Source: Alphaproteobacteria bacterium
Lineage (GTDB): Bacteria > Pseudomonadota > Alphaproteobacteria > SHVV01
DNA: 64,000 nucleotides
Assembly: GCA_965261735.1 (NCBI GenBank)
Contig: OZ253470.1
Coordinates: 1,152,001-1,216,000, forward strand
Direction: 5' to 3'
The notes beneath the pieces were generated by a model. That model was given only the letters and a program-made list of their open reading frames with translations. It searched no databases and was not told where the DNA came from. Positions within the stretch are counted from its first letter, which is position 1, and every line of letters begins with the position of its first letter. The translations under genes and the position numbers were made by a program. This document shows, in pieces, positions 31,208 to 44,668 of the stretch.

Positions 31208-31930
31208 ATGTCGCTAGGATATAGTCGAGACAGGAAACGATCTCATTTCTGGCGCCGCCTGTTTCGCTGGCTCGTGGTGCTGGCGCTGGGCTTCGCCGCC
31301 GGTCTGCTGGCCGAGCGGTACGGCTCGATTTTGGCTGGACGAAGCGTAGCGGAGTTTGAGGCGGAGGTGGCGGGGCTCTTCGAGACCGTGGCCGAGCTGG
31401 AGATCGCGAACGCCCGGCTGCAAGGCACCGTCGAGGCCGACGCCGTGAGGATCGCCGAGCTCGAACGCCGCTACGAGCGCGATGTCGCACCGACCGAGGC
31501 AAGGGAACTGCTCGACGCCGTTCGCGACCGGCTCGCCGCGGGTGTCGAGCAATCCCGCCTCGTCTTCGTTATCCGCGCCGCGAGAAACGAGCGCGAGTGC
31601 GCGGAGGTGCCCGCGACCCGGCGGTTCGTCGTACAGACGCCCATCTACGACGGCCCCAACGACTCGGTGAGCTTCGCCGAGAACACGATCACGGTGACTG
31701 CCCAAGGCCGCTCGGCCACCGACGAGGCCGGCAATCCCGAGGCCTGGTTCGATCCCGTCCACCCGATCACGCTCAGTTTCACCGGGATCGGCGGCGAACG
31801 AACGGATGTCGAAGGTATCCTGCCGCTCCATCACGCGATGGTCCGGGCCGGCACCGAGTATCGATTCAGCGTCGTGTCCGGAGACCGCGCCTTCGTCGAG
31901 GTAACGGCGGAGGCCTGCGCCTACCCCTGA
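31208..31930 (+). CDS. Hypothetical membrane-anchored coiled-coil protein
   Basis: 240-aa ORF with GGAGAG RBS, N-terminal TM helix and a coiled-coil-like segment. Confidence 0.7.
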   Translation: MSLGYSRDRKRSHFWRRLFRWLVVLALGFAAGLLAERYGSILAGRSVAEFEAEVAGLFETVAELEIANARLQGTVEADAVRIAELERRYERDVAPTEARELLDAVRDRLAAGVEQSRLVFVIRAARNERECAEVPATRRFVVQTPIYDGPNDSVSFAENTITVTAQGRSATDEAGNPEAWFDPVHPITLSFTGIGGERTDVEGILPLHHAMVRAGTEYRFSVVSGDRAFVEVTAEACAYP

Positions 31931-31964
31931 GCCCCCTGCCCAACCTTGCCGCCGCGCTTGGCGG

Positions 31965-33747
31965 CGACCATGGCCCTGGTGCTTGAAGCGATCACGTTCC
32001 GGGGAGCCGGAATAGAATGTCCGTTCGCCGATCCTCACGAAACCATGCCAGTCGCCGAGGGCGAGGTAATCGAGCCCGGCCGAGGCCGCCCGGTCGGGCG
32101 GGATCGTCTCTGCGTCGTCGTCTTCGCTTCCGAAGGTCACGACGCCACCGTGCGCCAAGCCGATTCTCAGATGGCCTTCGGGAGTTGAGCAGCCGGGCAT
32201 CCAGTCGGTCAGATCACGGCCAGGAAAACGGCGCGGCGCGGGCGATGGAAGGAGCATCGCTCCGGGTGCGATTTCAAGCGGCTCGGGCACATCGACCAGA
32301 TGCACGCAGCCGGGAGCCTGAGCGCGAATACGGTCCCAGAGCGCTTCAGCGGCAAGGCTGTCGTGGTTTCCTGGAATTATCCACCACCGGATTCCCTCCG
32401 CCGCGCCCATCGCGGCGAGCGCCTGTCGCCAGACCCGATCCGAGGGCGTCTCGCTATCGAAGAGATCGCCGACGATGAACACATGGTTGGCTCCATGTTG
32501 CAGCGCGGCAGCCGACAGACTGTGGATCGCTGCATGACGGGCCTCCACAAGACGACCGCGAATATCTTCGGGGAGAGTGCCGAACCGGCGCCCAAGGTGA
32601 AGGTCGAATGAACCTTGCCTATCCGGTTAACGCCCATGACCGCTACATGTAGGGTGCCGCCACTCTCCCGAGTAAAGCTCGGCATAGGTTGGAGCAGAGG
32701 TGTCGCCCGCGATGCCGAGCAATGAGCGGAAGGCGTTGAACGGGTAGAACCGCCTGTTGAAGCGGAAGGTGAACTCGTTGAGGTAGGCTTGTAGGTGCTG
32801 GTGGCTAACGCCGTGATGGATACCGATCAGCCACGTCTTCAGGTTGGCGAAAACCAGATGGATGATCGGCAGGTATTGCTCGGCAACCTCTGGATCACCA
32901 CACTCGGCAACAGCGAAGTGCTCATAGCCGCGCTTACCGAGGCCAGCATAGCCGCTCCAATCGTCAGTAACGATCAGCGATCGCGGCGCGACGGTGCTCT
33001 CGACGAACCCACAGAGCGACTCGGCGCTACGGTCGAGCACGACGGCGAGCCGAACGCGTCCGGCATAGCGTCCGTCTTTCCGGTTGTCGAGCTTGGTGCC
33101 CGGCTTTCGATGACGCACCTCGATGGCACAGGAGACGGGAACCTTGTGGTGAACACCACGGCCTTCCCCACGCGTTCGCCCGCCAACCCAGGTTTCGTCC
33201 ACCTCAACATGGTTCTTGGGCTGTCCACCGATCCTGTCTTGGTTGGGCCGCACCATGCCCGAGCGGAGCTTGTGGAGAATTTGAAAGGCCGTCTCGTAGC
33301 GCGAAAGACCAAGTTGCCGCTGAAACTGCACGGCGGACATGCCGGGCGTCTGACTGGCGACCAGATAAGCGGCCCAGAACCAGACGTTCAGCGGAGTGTG
33401 GCTACGCTCCATCACTGTTCCCACCGTCAGCCCGGTGTTCTGGCGGCACTTGCGGCAGCGCAGGACGCCAGGGCGGTTTTCAAAGTGGAACGGCTCTCCC
33501 GCCGTGCCGCAGTGCGGGCAGGCAAAGCCGTCTCCCCAGCGGGCTTTCTCCAGGTAGGCGGCGCAGGCCGCATCATCGGGGAAAAGTCGCTGGAACTCGG
33601 GTAGCGAATGCGGGAATGGGAGATCGGCGCGGTCGAGAACATCCATGGCGCGCTCCCCTATATCCGGGTTGCGCCCATTCTAGCCCTAGTGGGTGTGGGT
33701 GTAACCCGGATAGGCAAGGAAGAATGGATGAAGCGAAACTCAGTCAT
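31965..33747 (-). pseudogene. SbcD/Mre11-like metallophosphoesterase, split by IS1595 and 3'-truncated
   Basis: MTEFRFIHSS (ATG 33747) on one side of the IS; DLHLG..GDLFD..GNHD..AHG..LGDWHG..YSGSPE on the other. Confidence 0.85.
32614..33718 (-). mobile_element. IS1595-family element, copy 2; intact transposase 32627-33646
   Basis: Near-identical to copy 1 with both IRs; flanks GAATGAAC/GAAGAATG do not form a clean DR. Confidence 0.95.
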
Positions 33748-33827
33748 TCGTCTCAAACTCCGGAACTGCAAGATCAAGCCCACAGCGGATGGAATATACG
33801 GGACGGCCACGGAGAGGGAGATGGGCA

Positions 33828-33945
33828 ATTAACAAAATCGCGCCTGACCATCTGGCGCGCGAGACGGTCGTCTACATCCGGAATTCGACGCACGACCAGT
33901 TACTGCACAACCATGAGAGCCGCCGTCGTCACAACGGCCTCCCGA
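33828..33945 (+). pseudogene. Serine recombinase N-terminal remnant
   Basis: NKIAPDHLARETVVYIRNSTHDQLLHNHESRRR matches the YxRxS...Q resolvase pattern; start codon appears mutated to ATT. Confidence 0.65.
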
Positions 33946-34044
33946 TTGCCCGGACCGGTTCCCGAAGACCTTCACCGCCTACGGGACGAGCGGTAGAAAG
34001 GAGCACCGATACGAATTTCCGTCATCGGAGGAAAGCGATTCGGC

Positions 34045-34281
34045 ATGACATATCCGTTTTCACGACCCGATGCCGGCGTGCGCATTTCTGCGACGGTCAA
34101 ATGGTACGACCCGGCAAAGGGGTACGGTTTCCTCGTTCCCGGCGACGGCTCGCCCGACATTTACTGCGGGAAAGCGGCATTGGCAGCGGTCGGTCTCGAT
34201 ACCCTTCTCGCCGGGGCGACGGTCGCCTGCGAGACGGCGCCGGGCCGGCGCGGGCCTGAGGTCTCCCGGATCCATGCCGTC
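34045..34281 (+). pseudogene. Cold-shock domain protein, truncated by IS256-B
   Basis: [20 protein letters not shown] (RNP1); the frame runs into IS sequence at 34282. Confidence 0.8.
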
Positions 34282-35453
34282 GAGCCGTTCGATCGGGTTT
34301 GTGGAGTGCAATTTCTGGCGGTGCTCCCTGGGGAAGCTCATGTAGGCGAGGACGTCGTGCTCGGCTTCGTCCATGAGAACTGCCAGCTTGGGCACCTTGG
34401 GCCTGAGCTGGTCGGCGACCTGGCGCCACTGGACCTTCGCGCTGTCGGCGTCCTCCTGGGCGAAGGCGGAGACGACGCGCCGGCCCTGGCGGCCGGCATG
34501 GGCCAGCAGGTTGCGGGCGAAGTGCACGCGGCAGTGCTGCCATGTGGCGCCGAGGATCCGGGTCGCGGCGGCCTTCAGGCCCTTGTGGTCGTCGGAGATC
34601 ACCAGCTTCACGCCGCGCAGCCCGCGCCGGGCCAGCGAGCGCAGGAACTCGGTCCAGAAGGTCTCGGCCTCCGACGCGCCGATCGCCACGCCCAGGACCT
34701 CGCGGCGGCCTTGGTCGTTGACGGCCACAGCCACGGTCACCGCGACCGAGACGATGCGTCCGGTCTGGCGCACCTTCACGTAGGTGGCGTCGAGCCACAG
34801 ATAGGGCCAGTCGCCCTCCAGCGGTCGATCGAGGAAGCCGGTGACCTTATCGTCGATCTCGCCGCACAGCCTGGAGACCTGGCTCTTGGAGGCGCCCGAC
34901 ATCCCCATCGCCTGAACCAGATCGTCGACCGAGCGGGTCGACACCCCCTGGATGTAGGCCTCCTGGATCACCGCAGCCAGCGCCTTCTCGGCCATCCGCC
35001 GCGGCTCCAGGAAGCCCGGGAAGTAGCTTCCCTTCCTCAGCTTCGGGATCTTCAGCTCGACCGTGCCGGCCCGCGTCTCCCAGGACCGGTCGCGGTAGCC
35101 GTTGCGATGGGTGATACGATCCGCCGAGCGCTCGCCGTGCCCGGCGCCGGTCAGGCCCTCAACCTCCAGTGCCATCAGCCGCTCGGCCGTGAAGCCGATC
35201 ATCTCGCAAAGCAGATCGGCATCGGAGCTCTTCTCCAAAAGCGCGCGCAGGGTCATCATGTCCTGGGTCATCGTGGTTCTCCTTCGGGTCAGGTTGGTTT
35301 GCACTAGCCCAACCCTAAACCGGAACCGCGATGGCCTCCGCTGTGGATAGCCGGCTTGCCTACGCCAGACTCTCGGCGGTCGCTACGGCAAGCCGCCTAC
35401 CCACAGCTAACAGAGGCTCCAACAACTCCTACACCACGTCCTGGGACACGACC
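34282..35453 (-). mobile_element. IS256-family element type B, 3'-truncated copy
   Basis: Near-identical to 51944-53377 up to STNPIERL; right end absent. Confidence 0.92.
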
Positions 35454-35530
35454 AACTCGCGTGACACAAAGGGCGCTGATGCGTCATGGTATTGCGACAA
35501 ACGCTGCCTATAATTTCATTCATAGACATT

Positions 35531-35588
35531 CGACGCAGGAGCATATCCATGAGAACGAGCGACGCAGGAGCATATCCATGAGAACGAG
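35531..35588 (+). repeat. Perfect 29-bp tandem duplication covering the RBS and start codon
   Basis: CGACGCAGGAGCATATCCATGAGAACGAG x2. Confidence 0.95.
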
Positions 35589-36063
35589 AACGAAGGCGCT
35601 GATTGGCGTGGGCATCGCTGAAGCTATCGGCAGTATCGCACTCGCAGGCGCGAGCTACGCGGAACGCGGTCATGGCCGCATGGGTTTCTTCGCCAAAGGA
35701 CAGTTCGGACTCATGGCGATGGCAATAATCGAGTCCATCGACACCGATGGTGACGGCAAGCTCAGCCAAGCGGAGATCGACAAGGTGCGCAATGACCGTC
35801 ATGCGGCCCACGACGGCGACAGCGACGGCAACCTCAGCCTCGATGAATTCGCCGGCGTCTGGCATGAGACCACGCGTCCGCTGACCGTGCGCGCCTTCCA
35901 GATGCTGGATACGGACGGCAACGCTGTCATCTCGCGCGCGGAGTACGACAGGCCGTTGGCCAACATCGTCGAGCGGCTGGACCGCAACGACGACAGCGGG
36001 CTGTCGATGAGTGACCGATGGCGCCACCGCCGCGGGGCTCAAAAGCGAAACAATGCCAATTAG
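35578..36063 (+). CDS. Secreted EF-hand (DxDxDG) protein
   Basis: Signal-like N-terminus; DTDGDGKLS, DGDSDGNLS, DTDGNAVIS, DRNDDSGLS. Confidence 0.85.
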   Translation: MRTRTKALIGVGIAEAIGSIALAGASYAERGHGRMGFFAKGQFGLMAMAIIESIDTDGDGKLSQAEIDKVRNDRHAAHDGDSDGNLSLDEFAGVWHETTRPLTVRAFQMLDTDGNAVISRAEYDRPLANIVERLDRNDDSGLSMSDRWRHRRGAQKRNNAN

Positions 36064-36231
36064 GCGGCATGCGCCGGCCCTCCAGGTGCGGGCTATTGCC
36101 TCCCGTAGCCCACACCGCCAGCCATCGGCTCTTGCACAGAACGCAACATCAATTCGATTTCGGACAATCGATTGCGGCCGATTGCGGATACTCCGGCCCA
36201 ACCGGCAACTCCAATAACCCTGGAGGTTCAA

Positions 36232-36681
36232 ATGTTCGGCAATCCCTCTTTGAACACCCGCATCGCCGTCGGCAAAACGCTCGGCGCCCTGTTCGGCCTT
36301 GCGGGATTTATCTACCTCACTGTCTATCCGGTCGGCGATGAAAGCCTGCTGCGCTGGGGAATATTGCTCTGGTACACGACGCTGGGCGCGATCATCGGCG
36401 TGTTCGGCGTCTACACGTGGCACCCCGTGCTGAAATTACCGATGCCGTGGTGGATTCTCGCACCCCTTTTGGGGGCGTGGATGAACTTCGTACTAACGTT
36501 CTTTGCCTATGACACGCTGGCCGCCGCCATGGCGTCCGTGTTCGGTCCGGAGGGCATCTTGTCTTCCCCGTTCTGGTTTGTCGCCGAGGGCGCCATTGTC
36601 GGGCTCATCATCGGCTTCGCCGCCACACGGTTCGGTGGCGAGGGACCCGAGACCGTTGCCCAGACCGCGGTCGTCCGGTGA
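36232..36681 (+). CDS. Small multi-pass membrane protein
   Basis: GGAGG RBS; about 4 hydrophobic helices. Confidence 0.75.
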   Translation: MFGNPSLNTRIAVGKTLGALFGLAGFIYLTVYPVGDESLLRWGILLWYTTLGAIIGVFGVYTWHPVLKLPMPWWILAPLLGAWMNFVLTFFAYDTLAAAMASVFGPEGILSSPFWFVAEGAIVGLIIGFAATRFGGEGPETVAQTAVVR

Positions 36682-36786
36682 ATCGGGGACTACTCGCGCT
36701 GATCTGCCAGGGCAACGCGTTTGTAACGTGAACGGGCAAAACGCGGCCGTTCAGGGGACCGGCTAAAGGCCGGCTTTGCCGGGCCG

Positions 36787-38946
36787 TCAAGGCGCGTGAA
36801 CGGAAAACCTGCACTCGATCGCCTTATTCGTGCGCCTCGCATCCTCCGCGCAATCGACGATCGTGCGGCCGTAGTTCTGCCAGATGTGGGCGCTCCAGCC
36901 GCTGGTCGGATCGTGGAGCGGCACGATCTGGAACTGCTGCTCGAGCAGCACGCCGAGTACAAAGAAGGCTGGCACGGTAACGGCCAGCCCGAGCACCGAC
37001 AATCGAAAACGATACCGGCGCTGCGTGGCTGCCCAACGGTGGAAGTCGGCCGTGACTTTCCGATCACCCTCTTCGAGCAATTTCGCGGCTTCGCCTGTTA
37101 CAGTTTTATGCGCAGCCAGCACCTTATCGAGCGCGGCCCAGGTATTCTTCGCCGCGGACGCGAACTTCTCCATGGCAAGGGTAAGCTTGTCGACTTTCCC
37201 ACTTAGCTCGGCCAAATTCACGTCCGGTTCCTTGCCGAGGCGCGCGCAAATGCGGCGCGTCAGATCGAAGACGTTTTCAAGCGAGGCGAATTCCTCGGCC
37301 GGGACGTGTTCCGGATCGGGGTCGCCCCCAGCACCGCCACCCGGCAGATCCTTCGCGCCATCACTTTCAGCTGGCTGGGATGGGTCGCACGTGTTCGCCG
37401 CGAGGCTCTCCGATGCTGTCTCCCCGCGATCCTCACCCGGGACTTTCCCGGCGGGCGCCGCGCTTCTCGGACCGCCAATTGCCGAAGGACGTGTCCATCC
37501 GGCCGGCTTTAGCAGGCTGCTGAAAAAGTCATCATTGCCGAGCCTTGAACTCGGATTCATCGCCGAAATGAAATGAGATTTCGTGTCTTAGGGTGAAACC
37601 GTCTTCAATCTCGACCGATCCGATGCCCTGGGCTTCGTCCAGTTCGATGATCTGCCACTTTGCGGTCAGCGGCGTGCCGGCATCGCCCGTCATGTTGGCG
37701 CCTCCGCCAGCAGTCTGGGTAGTCGGACGAGGTTGTAGGCGGCCAAGGCCAGGGTGAACGAAGCGTCGACCCGGTGGCGGCCCCGGAATTTGGTCTTGCT
37801 CAATCCCGCGCTCGTCTTGACCCAGCCGAAGACCTCCTCGATGCGCTTGCGGCAACGTTGGCTGACGCCGTAACCGGGATGGCGCGTCGTGCGCCCGTCT
37901 ATCTTGGTCTTGCGCCGCTTGCCGGTCTTGGTGACGTGGTCCTGGACGGCGATATGGGGGGTCACCTTGCGGTGCCGCAGTTCCTCGACAAAATCCGCGA
38001 CGTCAAAACCCTTGTCCCCGCCCACCGTGATCCGACGCCGCCCGCCTCTACTCTCCACCGGGCGATGCCTGTCGATCAGATCAAGGGCGGCTTCGCGTTC
38101 CGCCGTGCCCGACGCAATGGTCACGCCGCCGCCGACTGCCAGACCATGGCGGTTCTCCGTCAGCGCATGGCCCATGTAACACAGCTTGCTTTCCCGGCCA
38201 TTACCCTTGCGATAAAGCCGGGCGTCCGGATCAGTGGTGCTTGCATGGGTCGCGTTCGAGCGTTTCTCGCCATGAAAATCCCGCGCGGCGTTGCGCCCCG
38301 ATCCCCCGTCGCCATCGTCCTCACCTTTGGGACGAAAGCTCTTCATCGACGCCCAGGCCTCGATCAATGTTCCGTCTACCGAAAAATGATCCCGGCTCAA
38401 TAGTCCCCCTACCTTGTGGTGCTGGATAACCCCCGCAAGCAGCTGCCCCGAAACCTCCGCCTCCAGAAGACGGTCCCGGTTGTGGCAGAACGCGCTGGCG
38501 TCCCACACGCCATCGTCCAGCCCAAGCCCCACAAACCAGCAAAACAGCATGTTGAAGTTTAGCTGCTCCATCAGCTGACGCTCCGAGCGGATCGAATAAA
38601 ACGCCTGCAACAGTAACGCTCGAAGAAGCTTCTCCGGCGGGATCGATGGGCGACCCATGTGGGAATAAAGCGTCTCGAACTCCGAAGATAGAGACCCCAA
38701 TACGTCGTTCACGATCTCACGGATCAGACGCAGCGGATGATCATCCGGAACACGCTCTTCCAAGTCTACGTAGCTGAATAAATTGCCACTGCTTTGATCT
38801 CGACCCCGCATGCCATCCTCCATCACTCGAAGAAATCACAGAATCATGTCACAATTGCAAAGGCGAGGACTTTTTCAGCAGCCTGTTAGTGCTTCATTAG
38901 CCCCAGGATCGCGATTGCCTGCCAATTGTTCAAGTTTCTCCGTCAC
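36787..38946 (-). pseudogene. Hypothetical gene coupled to virD4, split by IS5
   Basis: GTG at 38946 overlaps the virD4 stop; removing the IS and one TTAG restores VTEKLEQ...NEALKPAGW in frame. Confidence 0.6.
37513..38885 (-). mobile_element. IS5-family element (transposase 37690 to about 38811) with a short trailing ORF
   Basis: Perfect 18-bp IR CAGGCTGCTGAAAAAGTC; 4-bp DR TTAG; VDGT, GDKGFD, RKRIEEVFGW motifs. Confidence 0.93.
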
Positions 38947-40713
38947 AACGTTTTTCCACCGAAGGGTAGTTTGAATTGCGGCCACACCCGCTTTGCGTTG
39001 GCCTTTTCCGCGCGTTCTTTGCGGATGACGAAAGGGTTGGGATCAGCGAGGTCGCGGGAATCCCAACGGCGCCAGTAGCGGGCGTGATGAAGATGGAGTG
39101 CATCTCTCGGCATGTCCTTGGGCGAGGCGATGATGTATTGGCGATCGGGGCCAAGGGTCATGAGTTCATCGGGGGTGATCAGGCGCTCGCGCACCAGGGC
39201 GCGGGAATCGCCGGCTTGCCATTGCGTGTTGGCGGTGACGATGCGGTTCTCGGCGATGGTGCCGGAACGGTTTTCGGTCCGGGCCTCGAAGGTGGCGGTG
39301 CCGATGGCCTTGGAAAGTTCCTCGGCGCCCTCGGCGTCGGTGCGCGGGAAGCCCAGGATCTGGACCAGTTCGGCCAGATGCAGGAGGGTCTTGCGGTGCT
39401 CCTTGCCCCAGGTCGAATCGAGGGCCGAGATCGACTGGGCGAAGCACCAGAAGTGGACGCCCTTGCCGGCGGCCATGGTGTAGCCGTCCATGACCGGCTT
39501 GAGGTAGCCAAGCCGCGGCATCTCGTCGATGACGATAAGAAGATCGCGCTCAAGCGGTTTGATACCGGCGACGGCGTTGGGGATGGTGACCCACAGGCGC
39601 AGCCAGCCCTTGACGTGCTCGATGGTCTCTTCCGGCGCAACGACGAAGAGGTCGGTATCGCCCTCCGCCAGGATCAGGGGATCGAAGCTGGAGGTTTGCG
39701 TATGGGCGAGCAATTCAGGGTAGTTCAGGAAGGCGAGCTGGTTGGCGATGGTCATGAAATTGCTGCCGCCTTCCTCATCGCCGACCTGGGCCTGGCGCTC
39801 AACCGCGATATGGGTGAGCCCGCCGGCGAAGCGGTCCATTGAGGCCACCCCCTCGGCAAAATCATCCCGTTCCTTCGGTGGCATCGAGAGCATCTCGTAA
39901 AGGGTGGACAGGTTTTGCCTCTCGGCCGGTTCCTGGAAACGGACCCATGCCATGTAACCCGCAACGATAGCGCGCGCGGACTCATAGAAATGCTTGCCGG
40001 CGTTATGAGCATCAGGACGCGGCGGCGTGAGCAGAGCGTCCAGGAGGACATAGATGTCGCGCACGGCGAGGCTGTCATCGTCTCGAATAAAGTCGAGCGG
40101 GTTGTAGAGCACGCTTTCGACATCCGGCAGATGGGTTTCCTTGAACTTCTTGTGCTCGGCCACCACCCCGAAGGGATCGATCAGCAGAGCCCGGCGGCCC
40201 AGCTCGCGCCTGCGCCGCGCGGCGATGCACCAGAGCTCGCCGCGCGGGTCGATGGTGACGGTCCCCCCGGTCGTCGGGCGACAGCAGGTTTAGGGCGATG
40301 AGAGCGCCCTTGCCGGCGCGGGGCGGGGCCACGGTGATGGCGGAGCCTTCCAGGGACCAGCCGATCAGCTTGGCATTGCGGCCCGCGCCCCACTGGCCGA
40401 GCAGGATGCCCCGGCGTTTGGCGAGGCGGCGCAGAGACCTTCGGCCGAGCAGCTTCGACCTGCCGTAGAGATCGGACTCGGCGCGCTGGCGGCGGTTGCC
40501 ACTCTGAAGGTATTTGAGGCTGTGGATCAGGACCTCGAACCACGGCAGGAAAGAAATCGCGAAGCCCGGGGGCGGCACGGCGATCAAGGCCAGTTCATGG
40601 CCGCTCAGGCGGGTGAGCCGGTCGACAAACCCTAAGAAGGAGGAGGCCTCGAGCACGGGCCGGACGATCTCCATCCAGATCGACGCGGCGCAAATCATCA
40701 TTGCCGCGCTGTA
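38943..40713 (-). pseudogene. virD4: VirD4/TraG type IV coupling protein, frameshifted and 5'-truncated
   Basis: APPRAGKG Walker A, IDPRGEL, YNPLD, IDEMPRLG, FAQS, LITPDEL; frameshift near 40265. Confidence 0.85.
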
Positions 40714-41645
40714 GATCCGCCGCATCGTCGCGATGATCCGCGAACGCTGGCCCAACGTCGACATCCTGCTGCGCGGCGACCGCGGCTTCGCGCGCGAGAA
40801 CCTGATGCGCTGGTGCGAGGGAAATGCCGTGGATTACGTCTTCGGCCTGGCGCGCAACGATGTCCTGCTCAAGAAAGCACAGAGGGTCCGCGGCAAGGCC
40901 GCCATGGCCATGATCGAAACCGGCCAGCCGGTCCGCGCCTACGGCGATTTTCACCATATGACCAAATCACGATCTTGGGCCCGGCCACGGCGCGTCATCG
41001 CCAAGGTCGAACACAAGCCCGGACACGAACAGCGCTGCCGCTTCCTCGTCACCTCCCTGGATCGCCACCAAGTCCCGCCCAGGGAACTCTACGAAGACAC
41101 CTATTGCCCACGCGGAGACATGGAAAACCGCATCAAGGACTGCCAACTCGATTTGTTTGCCAATCGCATGAGCGCGCACGCCTACAAAGCCAACCAGCTC
41201 CGCCTGCTCCTCGCCGCTTTCGCCTATGTCCTCATCGACGGTATCCGCGTGTCGCCCTGAAAAAGACGGCCCTGGCCAAGGCCGTCCCCAATACCATCCG
41301 CCTGAAACTTCTGAAGCTCGGCGCCAAAGTCATCAACTCCGTGCGACGCATCAAGCTCTCCCTGCCCGATGCCTGCCCTTACAAAGACCTCTTCTTCAAG
41401 GCCCGCGCCGCCCTGGCGCCCCCATAATCGCAACTCTCCACCGCAACAGGGAAAAGGGGGCAACGCTGCGGCGGCGATGACTCCTGCATGCCCGAAAGCC
41501 ACCAAAACTCAAATCATACGCGGAGCCTGCCCAACTATCTCGGCCAGAATATCCATCTCAAAGCCCGACCCACCACACCGACACTCAAATCAGCCCAATC
41601 ACTCTCAAATGCACCGTCTCAAAAACGCCTCGCGAGAAGTCCGGG
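40714..41645 (+). mobile_element. IS1380-family remnant (3' half, frameshifted, right end retained)
   Basis: RGDRGF, YCPRGDMENRIKD, ANQLRLLL, IRLKLLK motifs; ends GAGAAGTCCGGG. Confidence 0.85.
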
Positions 41646-41716
41646 ATATATCGTTGTGTTCGGGAGCGATATCCTCGCTATTTGTGCTTTACAGCCCTTC
41701 CGCGAACACCATATTG

Positions 41717-42151
41717 ATGGGTATGGAAACGATCCGCCTCTACACCAAAGTGCGTCGCCTACTTAAAGGAGCAAACCTCCGGCCAACGCAGCAGCGCTTG
41801 GCGCTCGCACGGCTGCTCATGGATGGGACGCACCGACATGTCACCGCCGAGCAGCTCCACGGCGACGCAGTGGCGGCTAACATCAAAGTATCGTTGGCGA
41901 CGGTCTATAACACTCTCCACCAATTCACTAACGCAGGTTTGTTGCGTGAAGTCGTCGTAGAGCCGGGCCGTTCCTATTTCGACACGAACACGTCCGACCA
42001 CCACCACTTCTTCAATGTCGACTGCGGCGAATTGATCGACATTTCGGGTGAAGAGTTCAGTGTAGGGAAGCTTCCGCCCACGCCCTATGGAACTCAGATC
42101 AGCCGGATCGACATCATCGTCCAAATCCGAGAAGACGAAGATCCGGCTTAG
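41717..42151 (+). CDS. irr: Fur-family iron response regulator Irr
   Basis: LRPTQQRLALARLL, HRHVTAE, SLATVYNTLHQF, YFDTN..DHHHF. Confidence 0.88.
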   Translation: MGMETIRLYTKVRRLLKGANLRPTQQRLALARLLMDGTHRHVTAEQLHGDAVAANIKVSLATVYNTLHQFTNAGLLREVVVEPGRSYFDTNTSDHHHFFNVDCGELIDISGEEFSVGKLPPTPYGTQISRIDIIVQIREDEDPA

Positions 42152-42185
42152 GATCGTTTTGTGGTCTCAAGCGGATATTTTTGTG

Positions 42186-42234
42186 TTTGGAACGCTTCCA
42201 ATTCATTGACTCGGTATTCGCCGTTTCCCATATT
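42186..42234 (+). promoter_or_regulatory. Candidate Irr box (ICE) plus sigma70 promoter for katG
   Basis: TTTGGAACGCTTCCAAT (15/17 to TTTRGAAYNRTTCYAAA) at 42186-42202; TTGACT-N17-CATATT at 42206-42234. Confidence 0.6.
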
Positions 42235-42415
42235 CACCGATGCGGACCGGCGATCCCAATTCTGAGCGCGTTGCAACCGCAATTTTGATACGGGAATCAG
42301 CCAAACAAATTGTGGGAAGATGCCACGCCGTCCTTGAAGGGAACTCGAACCCGACAGAATTTAAAAGACTCATATGGTGGCTAGAACCAGGCACTATTTG
42401 GGGAATGTCAGCTAA

Positions 42416-44641
<2,226 letters not shown>

Positions 44642-44668
44642 TCCCAACGGAAAGGTCTTCGAGGGCTT

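Noticed and set aside
31214-32548. 444-aa phosphoesterase ORF
   Set aside because: After about 31965 it is antisense to the 31208-31930 gene; the real gene is truncated.
34045-35307. 420-aa cold-shock fusion protein
   Set aside because: The C-terminal part is read-through into the antisense strand of IS256-B.
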